Shown here: in pieces, positions 1 to 9,671 of the stretch
How the letters are laid out: every line of letters starts with the position of its first letter
Position numbering within the stretch: position 1 is the first letter of the stretch
Source of the DNA: a virus
DNA: 64,000 nucleotides
Virus record (IMG/VR): IMGVR_UViG_3300039098_000071
Span: 5,560 to 69,559 of that record
Direction: 5' to 3' (one strand)
Program-made: the position numbers and the translations under genes
Notes under the pieces: generated by a model
Told to the model about the DNA's origin: nothing
Databases searched by the model: none
What the model saw: only the letters and a program-made list of their open reading frames with translations

Positions 1-30
1 TGCATTGGCAATGGTGTTGTCACCTCTAAT
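1..30 (+). mobile_element. C-terminal end of an intein (block F/G)
   Basis: xxGNGVVTSN|C resembles the intein consensus ANG(I/V)(V/L)(V/T)HN|C/S/T, with Ser in place of the penultimate His. Confidence 0.55.
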
Positions 31-576
31 TGTCGATCACGTATAATTTGCTACTTTGGTAAAATACCTGGCGCCAGAGATTACACAAAAGATTTCGACC
101 AGGAAACCATAAACAAAGCATTTCAAACATCAAACACATTCCGAAATAAGTATTGGAATCGATTCCCACGTACACGATCATCAGCCGTCCTCCAGAGGCA
201 TTACCTGTCAACCATAGATATAGACACGATCCGACTGGGACTTACAAAATTAATCGACTCGAAAGCAATAACCGGCATAGAACACGATCGTCTCAAATTA
301 CTGAAAGCATTGTTACGCCGTCGTGTGATCGAGCGTGATTCATCAATCATCGTTGACGCGTTCGGAAAGTCCCTGCTACTTGACGTGGCGCAACGAAACG
401 CAATGCGCGCGGGACTGGCACAATTAATAAGATTGCAACGACTGAAAATCGACAGAGCAACAGCCGAACTCCCGATATGGTTGGAGCTGACCCTGCCACG
501 CAAAAAGCGAGAGATAAAAGACATGAAACTCACACTGTCACAATATGAGATAGCACTCGATGAGTTACCATTCTAA
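1..576 (+). CDS. 5'-truncated ORF; probable MuF/SPP1 gp7-like minor head protein C-terminus following an intein
   Basis: Frame +1 is open from base 1 to TAA at 576 (CIGNGVVTSN-CRSRIICYFGKIPG...). CRS-x-I matches the end of the MuF HPNCR[CS] motif. The ORF track shows only 310..576. Confidence 0.5.
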   Translation, partial: CIGNGVVTSNCRSRIICYFGKIPGARDYTKDFDQETINKAFQTSNTFRNKYWNRFPRTRSSAVLQRHYLSTIDIDTIRLGLTKLIDSKAITGIEHDRLKLLKALLRRRVIERDSSIIVDAFGKSLLLDVAQRNAMRAGLAQLIRLQRLKIDRATAELPIWLELTLPRKKREIKDMKLTLSQYEIALDELPF

Positions 577-602
577 AGATTTATATTAAATGCGCCTAAT
601 AT

Positions 603-1187
603 GTGACTATGTCTTCAGAACCCACAAAGGTGTTTTTCGATACCGAATCCACGGGATTGCATCAACATACAACACTCATTAGCATCGGCGCGATAGCAGA
701 AAACGGGGAAACATTTTATGCGGAATTTGCTGATTTCGATTGCAAGCAAGTCGATAATTGGATCAGTGAAAACGTTATCAAACACTTGCGATTTTATGGC
801 AGTGAACACAAAGGCTATAATAATTGTAGCACACAATTAGCAGGAACGCATCAAGCAAAAACAGAGGCATTCGGAAACACACACTTCGTCAAAAACTGCT
901 TTTTCGATTGGTTAACTGAAATAGGAGATGTAGAAATGTGGTCGGACTGTTTAGCATACGACTGGGTGCTATTCAACGAATTGATAGGAGGAGCAATGAG
1001 CATCCCGCAAAACGTGTATTATATCCCTTTCGATATTTGTACAATGTTTAAATTACGTGGCATAGATCCAGACATATCACGAGAAGGGTTTACAGAGGAC
1101 ATGAAAATACAAAAGGGTGCTAAGCACAATGCACTACAGGATGCAATAATAATAAAAGCGTGTTATGACAAACTTATGAAAAAGTAA
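603..1187 (+). CDS. DEDDh 3'-5' exo(ribo)nuclease, Rv2179c-like
   Basis: FFDTESTGL, LISIG, FYAE, AYDWVLF, PFDICT and HNALQDA motifs; TTTATA box upstream. Confidence 0.85.
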   Translation: MTMSSEPTKVFFDTESTGLHQHTTLISIGAIAENGETFYAEFADFDCKQVDNWISENVIKHLRFYGSEHKGYNNCSTQLAGTHQAKTEAFGNTHFVKNCFFDWLTEIGDVEMWSDCLAYDWVLFNELIGGAMSIPQNVYYIPFDICTMFKLRGIDPDISREGFTEDMKIQKGAKHNALQDAIIIKACYDKLMKK

Positions 1188-1273
1188 TGTCGCTAACCTC
1201 TGACTAAATCTCTCAACACACAATCACAAGCACACAGTCATAACTATGCCGCAGAGACGCTTACACTCACTCG

Positions 1274-1705
1274 TTAGATGGCTTTGTGGAGCAGTTTGAC
1301 CACGAATCGTATTCGATATATGCGCTCTTCCAACTCGTGCAAAGTTATCGCCGGTTCAGTTCGCAACACAGACATCCCGTCGGAATCCAACGTGTCGGTT
1401 GTGTTGAACCATGTTATGACTGCAGATGCAATCTCCCTTACGATCTTGCTGCCATGGACTACATTATTGTATGTCGTTGCATAGACGTCTATCGATAGAT
1501 CGGTCGTATCGAACTGCGCTGACCTGCCTACCATTGCGGTATGCTTTGCGCCATCCTTTGTATACTCCAAACATATCACCGGCGTACTCAGTGTACCGTC
1601 CCAGTGCTCTCGATATGTTTTGAGCGCCGTGAAATTTACCGTGTCAATCGTGTAAGCTGTGCCAATGCCTGTAAATATGATGTTACGCTGCGTCTGTGTA
1701 AGCAT
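1274..1705 (-). CDS. putative tail terminator/completion protein
   Basis: 143 aa, last gene of the neck cluster; beta-rich pattern (LSIDVYAT...IYRIRFVVKL) resembles gp17-type terminators. Confidence 0.45.
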   Translation of the reverse strand: MLTQTQRNIIFTGIGTAYTIDTVNFTALKTYREHWDGTLSTPVICLEYTKDGAKHTAMVGRSAQFDTTDLSIDVYATTYNNVVHGSKIVREIASAVITWFNTTDTLDSDGMSVLRTEPAITLHELEERIYRIRFVVKLLHKAI

Positions 1706-1708
1706 TAT

Positions 1709-2128
1709 TCAGTCCACTCCAGAAAACATATGATCAATCAAATACGACTTGAACTCTACGAATGAGTATTTCCGGCCGGTCTTATCTGATAACTCCTTCA
1801 TCAGCGCACGAAGATCATCTGCTGTGATGTCGGTTGATGCGGGACATTCTTGTTTGACATACCACGCCATCCCCATCAGTGTTGCGAACGGGTTGTTCCG
1901 CACGGTACGAACGATATCACATAAATATGGATTGTCTGAATCATTCAGTAGATTCATGATATGACCGTACTTGATACGGCTAGCTTCTGCTGCATTATCA
2001 TATCGATCGATTGTAACATGGGTTTTGATAGACGTACCGGTCGTTATATCACGTATTTCACCATCGACCACGTGCATTCCTGCCTTGCCGATTACTCTGT
2101 GCTGTTCTGTGTATTTGAGTGTCATCAT
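1709..2128 (-). CDS. hypothetical protein
   Basis: 139 aa ORF coupled to its neighbours. Confidence 0.6.
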   Translation of the reverse strand: MMTLKYTEQHRVIGKAGMHVVDGEIRDITTGTSIKTHVTIDRYDNAAEASRIKYGHIMNLLNDSDNPYLCDIVRTVRNNPFATLMGMAWYVKQECPASTDITADDLRALMKELSDKTGRKYSFVEFKSYLIDHMFSGVD

Positions 2129-2565
2129 AGCTTACCTCGTTCAATTTGTGCCTTCACCCATTTCTTCGCCATCTCCATGATCTCATCTGCATATTCATCA
2201 GCGACCGGAGCAAACAGCGGTCTGGCTGGAATCTTCGATGTACCGAATTCCAGTTGTGTTGCGATTAGTCCGATATCGCCTTCGGGCTTCACAATCCCGA
2301 TATACACAGAATCGCCACGGATTTCATACTTGATTGCACTTTCAAGAGAGCCCGTATAATACCACTGGTTGCCGTGTCCTTTCTGTTCCACCCATGCAGC
2401 GGACAGTGGCGCCCAAGAAGGATCGCCTTCGTGGATGCGTTCAACCAGCGCGCGCTCATATCTTGCGCCGATTGCTTCTGCAAGCTTCCCGGTCTGCATG
2501 GTCTTCAGCCCCGCGAGAATCTTCGGGATGTTATTCTTGACAATCACGGTTCGCTGTGTTACCAT
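2125..2565 (-). CDS. neck/tail-completion protein (HK97 gp10 / virion morphogenesis-like)
   Basis: WAPLS, TGSLESAI and LEFGTSKIPARPLF motifs; start reassigned to MVTQ (2565). Confidence 0.75.
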   Translation of the reverse strand: MVTQRTVIVKNNIPKILAGLKTMQTGKLAEAIGARYERALVERIHEGDPSWAPLSAAWVEQKGHGNQWYYTGSLESAIKYEIRGDSVYIGIVKPEGDIGLIATQLEFGTSKIPARPLFAPVADEYADEIMEMAKKWVKAQIERGKL

Positions 2566-2693
2566 TCGCTGTCCTCGCATATCCGTCCTGTTCCATGACA
2601 CGTGTCACACGGGACATCGTTGCCGGTCATACCGTCGATGACATGTCCCTCGCCGCCGCACACAGCACAGATATGGCATGTTGTAAATTTCAT
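2559..2693 (-). CDS. 44-aa DnaJ-type zinc-finger microprotein (not in ORF track)
   Basis: MKFTTCHICAVCGGEGHVIDGMTGNDVPCDTCHGTGRICEDSEW: two CxxCxGxG motifs; overlaps both neighbours. Confidence 0.7.
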   Translation of the reverse strand: MKFTTCHICAVCGGEGHVIDGMTGNDVPCDTCHGTGRICEDSEW

Positions 2694-3106
2694 CGCTGTT
2701 CTCTCCGGATTAAGAAGTATAATCTACTGTAGCCCCGAAGCTTCTTATATGTAGTTAGTTCTGTCAACTTTGCGATGCAACGCCAATATGATTTAATTGA
2801 TCCAGTCGTATCTTCGTATATTTCAAGGACATCATTCGCCGAGACGTCACAATCGCCGTGGCATCGAAAGAATGCATCTCCTGTCTTGAACATTCCACCT
2901 GAGATAAAGTCAAGCGTCTCTACTGACATCGCTTTTGTTGATAACTCCCCTCGCCCGAAATATCCCTTAACAGCGAGAGACGACTCTGTGGCAGGGGACC
3001 ACGCGCCGGTGGTCTGATTTGTATCGCTGCCCACCGTCACCCGCAGCCGATTAATCGTATATGGGTGGTCCGTCGGCGTCCATGGGGTTTTGTCATCGCA
3101 TGCCAT
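2690..3106 (-). CDS. putative head-closure protein
   Basis: Position in the neck cluster; TGAW...GD...NDVLEI pattern resembles SPP1 gp16-like proteins. Confidence 0.5.
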   Translation of the reverse strand: MACDDKTPWTPTDHPYTINRLRVTVGSDTNQTTGAWSPATESSLAVKGYFGRGELSTKAMSVETLDFISGGMFKTGDAFFRCHGDCDVSANDVLEIYEDTTGSIKSYWRCIAKLTELTTYKKLRGYSRLYFLIRREQR

Positions 3107-3114
3107 GACATACC

Positions 3115-3405
3115 CTATGATATGGCGGCTTCAACGAGAAACCGGTCTGGTTCGATGGTAATCCGACCGGCTGATCCAGTTGCTTTCACTTGCGCTCTGT
3201 ACAACCCAACACCCGACGGAATCATATAATTATACGTATATGTTCCGGACACAGATTGTGTCATTGCCACATCAGTAATGTCTAATGTACCGTCTGGCTT
3301 TTGTATCGAGATAGTTGTTGTACTGGGGTCTGCCGCCGTTCCAGCGACGTCAACAATCGTTGCTGTAATACCGATTGATTCACCGGTCTGATACACATCA
3401 CTCAT
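3115..3405 (-). CDS. Ig-like virion accessory protein
   Basis: TISIQKPDGT...SGTYTYNY...GLYRAQV beta-sandwich pattern. Confidence 0.55.
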   Translation of the reverse strand: MSDVYQTGESIGITATIVDVAGTAADPSTTTISIQKPDGTLDITDVAMTQSVSGTYTYNYMIPSGVGLYRAQVKATGSAGRITIEPDRFLVEAAIS

Positions 3406-3575
3406 GAGCCACCTCCACTATGCGTTATCGATATGTCATATTCTGTTGCTTTGGAGATCGTAATCAGCAGAGGATATGGCGTCACGACATCGACACATAC
3501 ACTATGATACTCGCTCATAGCATTAAGTCCAATAACCTGCGACTGCTCCAGATAATTCGGGTATGTGAGTATCAT
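3402..3575 (-). CDS. 57-aa hypothetical protein (not in ORF track)
   Basis: MILTYPNYLEQ...SITHSGGGS fills the gap and has an ATGA overlap with the next gene. Confidence 0.55.
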   Translation of the reverse strand: MILTYPNYLEQSQVIGLNAMSEYHSVCVDVVTPYPLLITISKATEYDISITHSGGGS

Positions 3576-3580
3576 GGTGG

Positions 3581-6187
3581 TTAGCTCGTGTATATTGTAA
3601 TTATCCTCTGATCACAATCGGTCTCGGTGAACTTTAAGGTTACTACGTCAGCATTCATCTCGGCTTGTGTTAGGTTTACCTTATACATCCCACTCGCAAT
3701 CTCAGACACAGCATTGGTCAACGCTACAAATGCAGCACCGTCCTTGCTTACCGTGGCGGAAATCGTCTTTCCAGTCGCTGGCGTGACATGATCCGAACTC
3801 AGCACCATCAAGAATTCAAAGTTTGATAGCGCCACGTTCTTTGCAACACCAGACGGTAAATCATCTGTCTTTGTCTTGATTGCATCAACAACCGTATCGA
3901 CCGTATCAATCTTGCCATCTGTTACACCGTGCAACGTTGTCGCCGTCCCTGCGACATCCGGGACAACTTTGTTCGGTGCATAGTTTGCCTGTGTTGTGGC
4001 GAGAGTTGCACCGTCGGTTCCTGTGAGCGTATCGAGGTCGGATTGTGCCACATCGATCTTCGTTTCGTTTGCATTGACTTCTGTTATGATTGCGTTCTTG
4101 TCGGTCGTTGCTTCTGCCCGAGTTGGTGGATCGTAATCAGTGAGTGCAGCGTCACACTCCGTATTGACCTGTGTAAGTGCGGTGGTCCCCATGCAACTAG
4201 CACAAGTTGTGCCGTATGGCATCATCACGTATATGCTAGTTGTGTCTGGCGTCGTGACCCAGTTATCACCGCAGATCGTTGCGACTTTTGTCGTCCCGTT
4301 GTACGCACCCACAAGACGAACTTGCCCACGTCCAGTCCCGGCAATGATTCCAATCTGGCTACATAGATACGTGTCATTGACGCTCGACGCATAACTGCGC
4401 AGCGTAATCGTGGTTGCCGTAGCTGCCACAACCTTACCATGATCTACCGTTAGCGGGGTGTCGTCCGGCACAATCTGATACTCAGACGTGTTGTCTGGTG
4501 TGGTTCTCCAGTCACGATCAACCACAACAACTTTCGTAGCGTCAACATAATCCACGATCGTGCGGGTCTGTCCTTGACCAGTACCGTTCACGATCACAAT
4601 CAGATTACGATTGTACACGCCGTCTCCACCGTTCGCGGTTGTTGCAAGCGTGATCCCTGTCGATGAGCCTGCCTGTGCAGTGCCCGAGTGAATAGCAAAT
4701 GCGCCGACCTCTCGCAACCTACGTCCTGCGCTCGTAGCAACGTTGTGGGTGGCACCGGTTAATAGCTCATCCCACACAGCGTCCGCGTTCGCTGCAGTGG
4801 TTGGTGGGGTGGTGGTGTTTGCTCCATCTGTGCCACGCATAGCGTCGCCATTCAGTCCAGCGACGTCTGTTGCTATTGTATTGAGATCTACGGAATTTGT
4901 GTCCATCTCCTGCCTGATCTCAATTGCTGTCGGCGCAACGCCGGCGGCATCTGGTGTAACCGAGTTTCTGCTGGTAATCTCATCATCAAGATAATCCCCG
5001 AAGGAATTAGCAATTGTGTGCTCGCTCTTGAGTTCATCCCAAACGGCATCTGCATTTTGTACCGCCGTCGGTGCTGTGGTTCCGGGAGCTGTAACGAATA
5101 CTTTTGTACCGTCGCCTGCAACAATCGTAAAAGCAGGAGCACTGTCAATCGTTATTGTCTTCGTCGCACCCGTGTAAGCAGAGCATTTCCGCACACTCGG
5201 ATAATCGCTGTCATTTGCGTCATAAACTACAACTGCTTGATCTTTGTATGCGTCGTCATCGTTAGAGCCAGCCGTAAGCACAAATACTGTCTGGCTGGTC
5301 ACCGATGCGATTGTGGTATCAATAAGAACGTTGGGATTGGTTCCACCACTCGGTGCTTGTTCAAGTGCATTCGCAGTATACCGAGCGACTCCACCGTCGT
5401 TTTCCACGAGCTCATTAAGTAAAGCAGTCGCCACACCTGGTTTCGATGCGGGGTCGTAGTTTACTGCCAGCAGGTGATCAAGATGAATGTCTGATAGTGC
5501 GGTCGCTACTTCGGCGGGTGTCGCTGCTACACCTGCCGCATCTGGCACGACTGTGTTAAATCCGGTGGCTTTGTAGTCGTTCAAGGTTTCGGAAGGAACT
5601 ACCAACTGATTCTTTGCACCGAATGATCCTGCGCCGGTGTGTCCGCTTATTGCCTCATCCCATATAGCGTCTGCATTCGCTGCCGACGTTGGTGCTGCCG
5701 CTACCATATCAGTGTTGGTGGTGGTGGTGTCGCAAAGTACAACGCCTTGCACTTTGTTCGTTGCCGGATCATACCCCGCATCTGCAAAGTCTTTAAGGTC
5801 TATTAATGATTGTGCATCACTGTTCATCTGCACGACGTCGGTCTCCAGTTTGTCGGTGCCCAACACCAACGAATCGTATCTGTTTGCGGTCATGACTTCG
5901 CACTCGACCTTAATCGCAAGTGCACCAGATACGTGCACATATACCCAAAGTGCCCCCAATGTATTGGAATCTGTGGCGTCGAGCACACAATAATATATGC
6001 CGTTACTGATATGAGTTGCACCGCCGCTATTCTTGTTCGCGAGCGTTGTAGCGCCATGCCTCCACAATTTTATGTCGGTATTCGCAATCGTGAGCCCGGT
6101 CTCTTCGGTATTGCCATCGGTGCTGTCAAGCATATACCCGAGCGGGATCTCCTGTGACGCTGTCGATTGTCGTATTGGAACCGTCAT
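3581..6187 (-). CDS. 868-aa repetitive virion fibre/decoration protein
   Basis: Three A-DA(I/V)WDE repeats, three beta-module repeats (two with GTG.GQ.R...W.TTPD.TS.Y), similar N- and C-terminal domains; Thr/Ala/Asp-rich. Confidence 0.65.
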   Translation of the reverse strand: MTVPIRQSTASQEIPLGYMLDSTDGNTEETGLTIANTDIKLWRHGATTLANKNSGGATHISNGIYYCVLDATDSNTLGALWVYVHVSGALAIKVECEVMTANRYDSLVLGTDKLETDVVQMNSDAQSLIDLKDFADAGYDPATNKVQGVVLCDTTTTNTDMVAAAPTSAANADAIWDEAISGHTGAGSFGAKNQLVVPSETLNDYKATGFNTVVPDAAGVAATPAEVATALSDIHLDHLLAVNYDPASKPGVATALLNELVENDGGVARYTANALEQAPSGGTNPNVLIDTTIASVTSQTVFVLTAGSNDDDAYKDQAVVVYDANDSDYPSVRKCSAYTGATKTITIDSAPAFTIVAGDGTKVFVTAPGTTAPTAVQNADAVWDELKSEHTIANSFGDYLDDEITSRNSVTPDAAGVAPTAIEIRQEMDTNSVDLNTIATDVAGLNGDAMRGTDGANTTTPPTTAANADAVWDELLTGATHNVATSAGRRLREVGAFAIHSGTAQAGSSTGITLATTANGGDGVYNRNLIVIVNGTGQGQTRTIVDYVDATKVVVVDRDWRTTPDNTSEYQIVPDDTPLTVDHGKVVAATATTITLRSYASSVNDTYLCSQIGIIAGTGRGQVRLVGAYNGTTKVATICGDNWVTTPDTTSIYVMMPYGTTCASCMGTTALTQVNTECDAALTDYDPPTRAEATTDKNAIITEVNANETKIDVAQSDLDTLTGTDGATLATTQANYAPNKVVPDVAGTATTLHGVTDGKIDTVDTVVDAIKTKTDDLPSGVAKNVALSNFEFLMVLSSDHVTPATGKTISATVSKDGAAFVALTNAVSEIASGMYKVNLTQAEMNADVVTLKFTETDCDQRIITIYTS

Positions 6188-7014
6188 TATGATATCCTCT
6201 GTTGTTTATAATGATACATCGCTACTGGTATGGACAAACCATCGGTGGGAACATAATAAGTTGAGGTGCGTAAGAAATTACAGAACGGGTCATGATAGAG
6301 CTGCATTACTTCTGCTGCTGACAACGCTCGGTCATATAAATGAAGTGAATCAATAACACCCTTATAATTGCCGCCATACGAATCGCATGCCAACCCATGC
6401 CCAACTCGCATAGTCGAATCTGCTGTGGTCCATGCGCTATCGCCAAAAACATCGATCACGCCATTAACATAGATATGGACAGTAGTACCATCGTAAGTTA
6501 CTACGGCGTGCTGTGATTTCCCACGAGTAATCGTATTGGGGCTGCCATTAATAGTCGACTGCCATGCTTCAGCACGAATCCCTTCATCGGAGATAGTAGC
6601 TGCATTTGTGTCATAAATTATTAAGCATGCATCTACGGTTGAACAAACACCCCATCCGCACAGCAGCTGCCCATAATACTCATCGTCCTTGTCGGCAGCA
6701 ATCATCCGCACAGCAATCGTTCTGGGTGACGCTCCTGATATCCCGATGTTACGGATGGTTTCTGCAACGTCACCAACACCATTGAACCCGATCCCGCCAC
6801 CACTTATGGAGGGAACCCATCCCGAGCCTTGCATATTGGGCGCCATGTTCAACGTAAGATGATTCTTGTTGTACGAAATATCATGTGCCACGCTACCGGC
6901 ACCCTCGTTAAACGGCCAGCACCCATAAAGCCCCAGCGACAATGGATGTGTAATATCAAGCATAGCACCGGGCTTCGGCTTCGTTATCAAACTCTGTAAA
7001 CCTGAAATCATCAT
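6187..7014 (-). CDS. LamG/concanavalin A-like domain virion protein
   Basis: GCWPFNEGAG, HAVVTYDG..VHIYVNG and GVIDSLHLYDRALSAAEV motifs. Confidence 0.85.
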   Translation of the reverse strand: MMISGLQSLITKPKPGAMLDITHPLSLGLYGCWPFNEGAGSVAHDISYNKNHLTLNMAPNMQGSGWVPSISGGGIGFNGVGDVAETIRNIGISGASPRTIAVRMIAADKDDEYYGQLLCGWGVCSTVDACLIIYDTNAATISDEGIRAEAWQSTINGSPNTITRGKSQHAVVTYDGTTVHIYVNGVIDVFGDSAWTTADSTMRVGHGLACDSYGGNYKGVIDSLHLYDRALSAAEVMQLYHDPFCNFLRTSTYYVPTDGLSIPVAMYHYKQQRIS

Positions 7015-7017
7015 CCC

Positions 7018-7620
7018 TTACCCAATACTGTCACCATATATCGCCATAGCTTTGATGTGGCAGTTCACCGATGTAGCACCTTCTGACTGAAACACCACCC
7101 GGACTCTCCCGACTGCTGTAAGATCAAGCTGACACGTCCAAATGTCTGCATCGTTCCAGATCACGTCTGCGTTATCTTTTGCATTCGTGAGCCCATCAAC
7201 CAAATCTATTGTGGTGTTGGTTACGATCTCCCGACAGAGCCCCCATTCTCCATCTGCCACAACGCTGGAATCCTGAATGTACAATTTGTCTTCAGATGCA
7301 AATCCTGCGGTTGCTGCAACTGCTAATGCCGTCTCGCCCTGTGGCTCTGATGCAGTCATTGCCTCTGTGTCTGCGGTGCTGATCGTCGCATCGAACTCTG
7401 CAACTGTCACCCAGTCTTCGTTTCCTGATGTCGCCCCCGAAACCTGAACAAGAAACTTTCCTGGATTCGTGTTTGCCATCGCTTCGACCGACGCATGAAA
7501 TAATGCAAGCGTCAGCGCCAACTTTGTACTGACATCAAGAGCAGACCCCACAACTGTAGCAGGATGCGTTACTGCTTGATGCGCCAGTGCTTCTGCATAA
7601 GATTTTGAAATAGTTGCCAT
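7018..7620 (-). CDS. putative virion structural protein
   Basis: 200 aa, beta-rich, in the structural operon. Confidence 0.55.
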   Translation of the reverse strand: MATISKSYAEALAHQAVTHPATVVGSALDVSTKLALTLALFHASVEAMANTNPGKFLVQVSGATSGNEDWVTVAEFDATISTADTEAMTASEPQGETALAVAATAGFASEDKLYIQDSSVVADGEWGLCREIVTNTTIDLVDGLTNAKDNADVIWNDADIWTCQLDLTAVGRVRVVFQSEGATSVNCHIKAMAIYGDSIG

Positions 7621-7624
7621 GATA

Positions 7625-7975
7625 TTATCCTATCATATGCCCATAATATTTTAATCGCCGGGCCATCATTGCCTGGTATGCTGCAATTGCTACATCTGCA
7701 AGAGCATTGACTGCGGCGCTGGTGGGAGATACCCCCGGTACGACCGTGGCAACCACTTCAATTGTGTCGCCGGCAATTATGCTATCGTGTTCTGCTTGTG
7801 TGATGTTCCCCGGCTCCGAACCAACTTCGAGCGATGTTGATCCAATGAGACCTGCTGCAAGCGCACAGGATTTCCATGACAACCCCACAGAATTATTACC
7901 AAGTGGCGTATCAAAGTGAATTGCAATGCTATAACCAAAATTGCCATCGGACTCCAAAACATGTATTTTTGACAT
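7625..7975 (-). CDS. hypothetical structural-cluster protein
   Basis: 116 aa with GGAGTGA RBS. Confidence 0.55.
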   Translation of the reverse strand: MSKIHVLESDGNFGYSIAIHFDTPLGNNSVGLSWKSCALAAGLIGSTSLEVGSEPGNITQAEHDSIIAGDTIEVVATVVPGVSPTSAAVNALADVAIAAYQAMMARRLKYYGHMIG

Positions 7976-7976
7976 G

Positions 7977-8156
7977 TCACTCCATGTTCCAGACCAGCTC
8001 TTCTTTTGTTATCGCTCGCAGAATTATGTTCATCATCACAAGCATCGAAGCCTGTGTTGTAGTATCGAGTACGAAACTAAACTGCCCCATGGACACGATC
8101 GCTATCAGGGCGACTACGTTCGCCCACAGAGTTTTACTCTTTAGATATTGTTTCAT
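7977..8156 (-). CDS. 59-aa two-TM holin-like membrane protein (not in ORF track)
   Basis: MKQYLKSKTLWANVVALIAIVSMGQF...ASMLVMMNIILRAITKEELVW: SKTLW and NIILR.IT pattern seen in small phage membrane proteins. Confidence 0.6.
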   Translation of the reverse strand: MKQYLKSKTLWANVVALIAIVSMGQFSFVLDTTTQASMLVMMNIILRAITKEELVWNME

Positions 8157-8175
8157 AATTATACCATCCTATTAT

Positions 8176-8388
8176 TCATGGCTTTACATTGTTCTTACGT
8201 GCATCACGTGTGTTCGTTTTCTTGCTATCTGCTGTCTTCGTGCGCACCGCCCCCGGTATAGCTGGCGGCTTTACTTTAGTAGAAACTGGCTTAGTGATCT
8301 TCTCTGTCGGTTTCACTTTGACAGCGACTGGCTTGGATGGCTCTTGCACAGTCTTCTTTTTCCGATCTTTGGTGGGTTTGAATATCAT
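8176..8388 (-). CDS. small Lys/Pro-rich basic protein
   Basis: 70 aa with KPV..KVKP repeats, directly after the capsid gene. Confidence 0.5.
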   Translation of the reverse strand: MIFKPTKDRKKKTVQEPSKPVAVKVKPTEKITKPVSTKVKPPAIPGAVRTKTADSKKTNTRDARKNNVKP

Positions 8389-8391
8389 AAT

Positions 8392-8420
8392 AAAAACGAA
8401 GGCCGGGTGATCCCGACCTC
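8392..8420 (-). terminator. hairpin plus U-tract after the capsid gene
   Basis: Minus strand GAGGTCGGG-ATCA-CCCGGCCTT-CGTTTTT. Confidence 0.6.
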
Positions 8421-8429
8421 CTAAAGGTC

Positions 8430-9275
8430 TTATGCAAGTATCGCGGTGATTGCATACACTGACATGTTCAGACTGGAACTGTTCGTGAAGACCGGTGCGA
8501 CTGCCTGTCTGAATACATCCATCTGATACATTTTCGCGCCGAGTGTTGCTTCATCCCACTCCCTGACCTTAACCGGTCCATTACCGACCGCGGCGGGGGT
8601 TCCGTTTGATGCACCAACGATTGCAGACTTTGCAGTCACATTATCATTGATGTAGATGTCAAGCTCAACGCCTGGGATCTTCGCAACCGACCCAGCCGCT
8701 TCGGATGGTGCGTAAGATGCCGTCGTTTCCATGAAGTCGAGCTGCATGTAGTCCGTATACACCGCTGTCGGCATAACGATGAAGTCCGCCTTATACGGTC
8801 TTATCGCTGCTACAGCAGTTGCCAGATCGAGCAACGGGTTTGCTGAAACGTCCGACCACTGCGCAGATGCGCCGCCAGTCTGTGGGCTGGTCTCAAATGC
8901 TGCTACAATCTTTTTGTCCATGATATTTGCCAGCCGCACGCCAGCACTGTTTATCTGGATCGTCAGCGGGTCGCCTGCCTTGCTCTTGTAAGTTGCCTCA
9001 TCAGATGCTGCAACAAACACGCGATCCTTCTTCAGATCAAAGTCAACATGAGTAAATGCTGATCCGCCGATCTCCGACACCTCAAACTCCTCAACGTCTT
9101 CGTCAACAGCCGCAGCTGTCATGACCGGGATCGTTGCGGTGAGTTCCGGTACGGATACCGAGGTGCAAAGTGATACGAGGTTGCTCATTTCAAGCGCAGT
9201 TGTAAGGACACCGCTAACGATGTTCTTTGCATCAAGTGAGCCGCTTATGTCAGATGTTCCTATTAGTCCTGCCAT
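8430..9275 (-). CDS. major capsid protein (HK97 fold)
   Basis: 281 aa after the protease/scaffold and cement genes; W....ANPLLDL and DFIVM motifs; GAGGTGA RBS. Confidence 0.75.
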   Translation of the reverse strand: MAGLIGTSDISGSLDAKNIVSGVLTTALEMSNLVSLCTSVSVPELTATIPVMTAAAVDEDVEEFEVSEIGGSAFTHVDFDLKKDRVFVAASDEATYKSKAGDPLTIQINSAGVRLANIMDKKIVAAFETSPQTGGASAQWSDVSANPLLDLATAVAAIRPYKADFIVMPTAVYTDYMQLDFMETTASYAPSEAAGSVAKIPGVELDIYINDNVTAKSAIVGASNGTPAAVGNGPVKVREWDEATLGAKMYQMDVFRQAVAPVFTNSSSLNMSVYAITAILA

Positions 9276-9288
9276 TTTAATCACCTCG

Positions 9289-9660
9289 TTAGTACAGCCC
9301 TACCCATATCGTTCCGGTGCCAGACGTCACAAAGTCTTCCATCGCCGTGCCAGCAACTTCGTATGCTGCGCCATAAGCAGCCAACCGAACCGTACCAGCG
9401 GCGCCTGCCTCAACACTCTGCCCCGCTGCAATTGCTGCAGCGGTTGCTGTAACCTCTACCCTGCCCCACACAACGGCTCGGGCGTCAGTGTCTGCGGTCA
9501 TAGCTTCGATCGCCACTGCAAACTTACCGGTGCCATCTACGGCACTCACAAAAAACTTGCCATTGGCGGAAGTATCAATCAACTGTCCTTTGGCGATGGT
9601 CTCCCCGGGTGTAACCTTGATTACAACCGCTTCATCGCCTTTTATATCTCCTGCTGTCAT
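9289..9660 (-). CDS. capsid cement/decoration protein (DUF2190-like)
   Basis: GETIAKGQ...V..WG.VEV...AAIAAGQ.V...G.A motif, immediately upstream of the capsid gene. Confidence 0.7.
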   Translation of the reverse strand: MTAGDIKGDEAVVIKVTPGETIAKGQLIDTSANGKFFVSAVDGTGKFAVAIEAMTADTDARAVVWGRVEVTATAAAIAAGQSVEAGAAGTVRLAAYGAAYEVAGTAMEDFVTSGTGTIWVGLY

Positions 9661-9671
9661 TTCTTTTCACC

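Noticed and set aside
1195-1270. Additional C/A-rich loop sRNA after the exonuclease gene
   Set aside because: Only a 5-bp stem and no promoter at the expected distance; more simply a convergent terminator region
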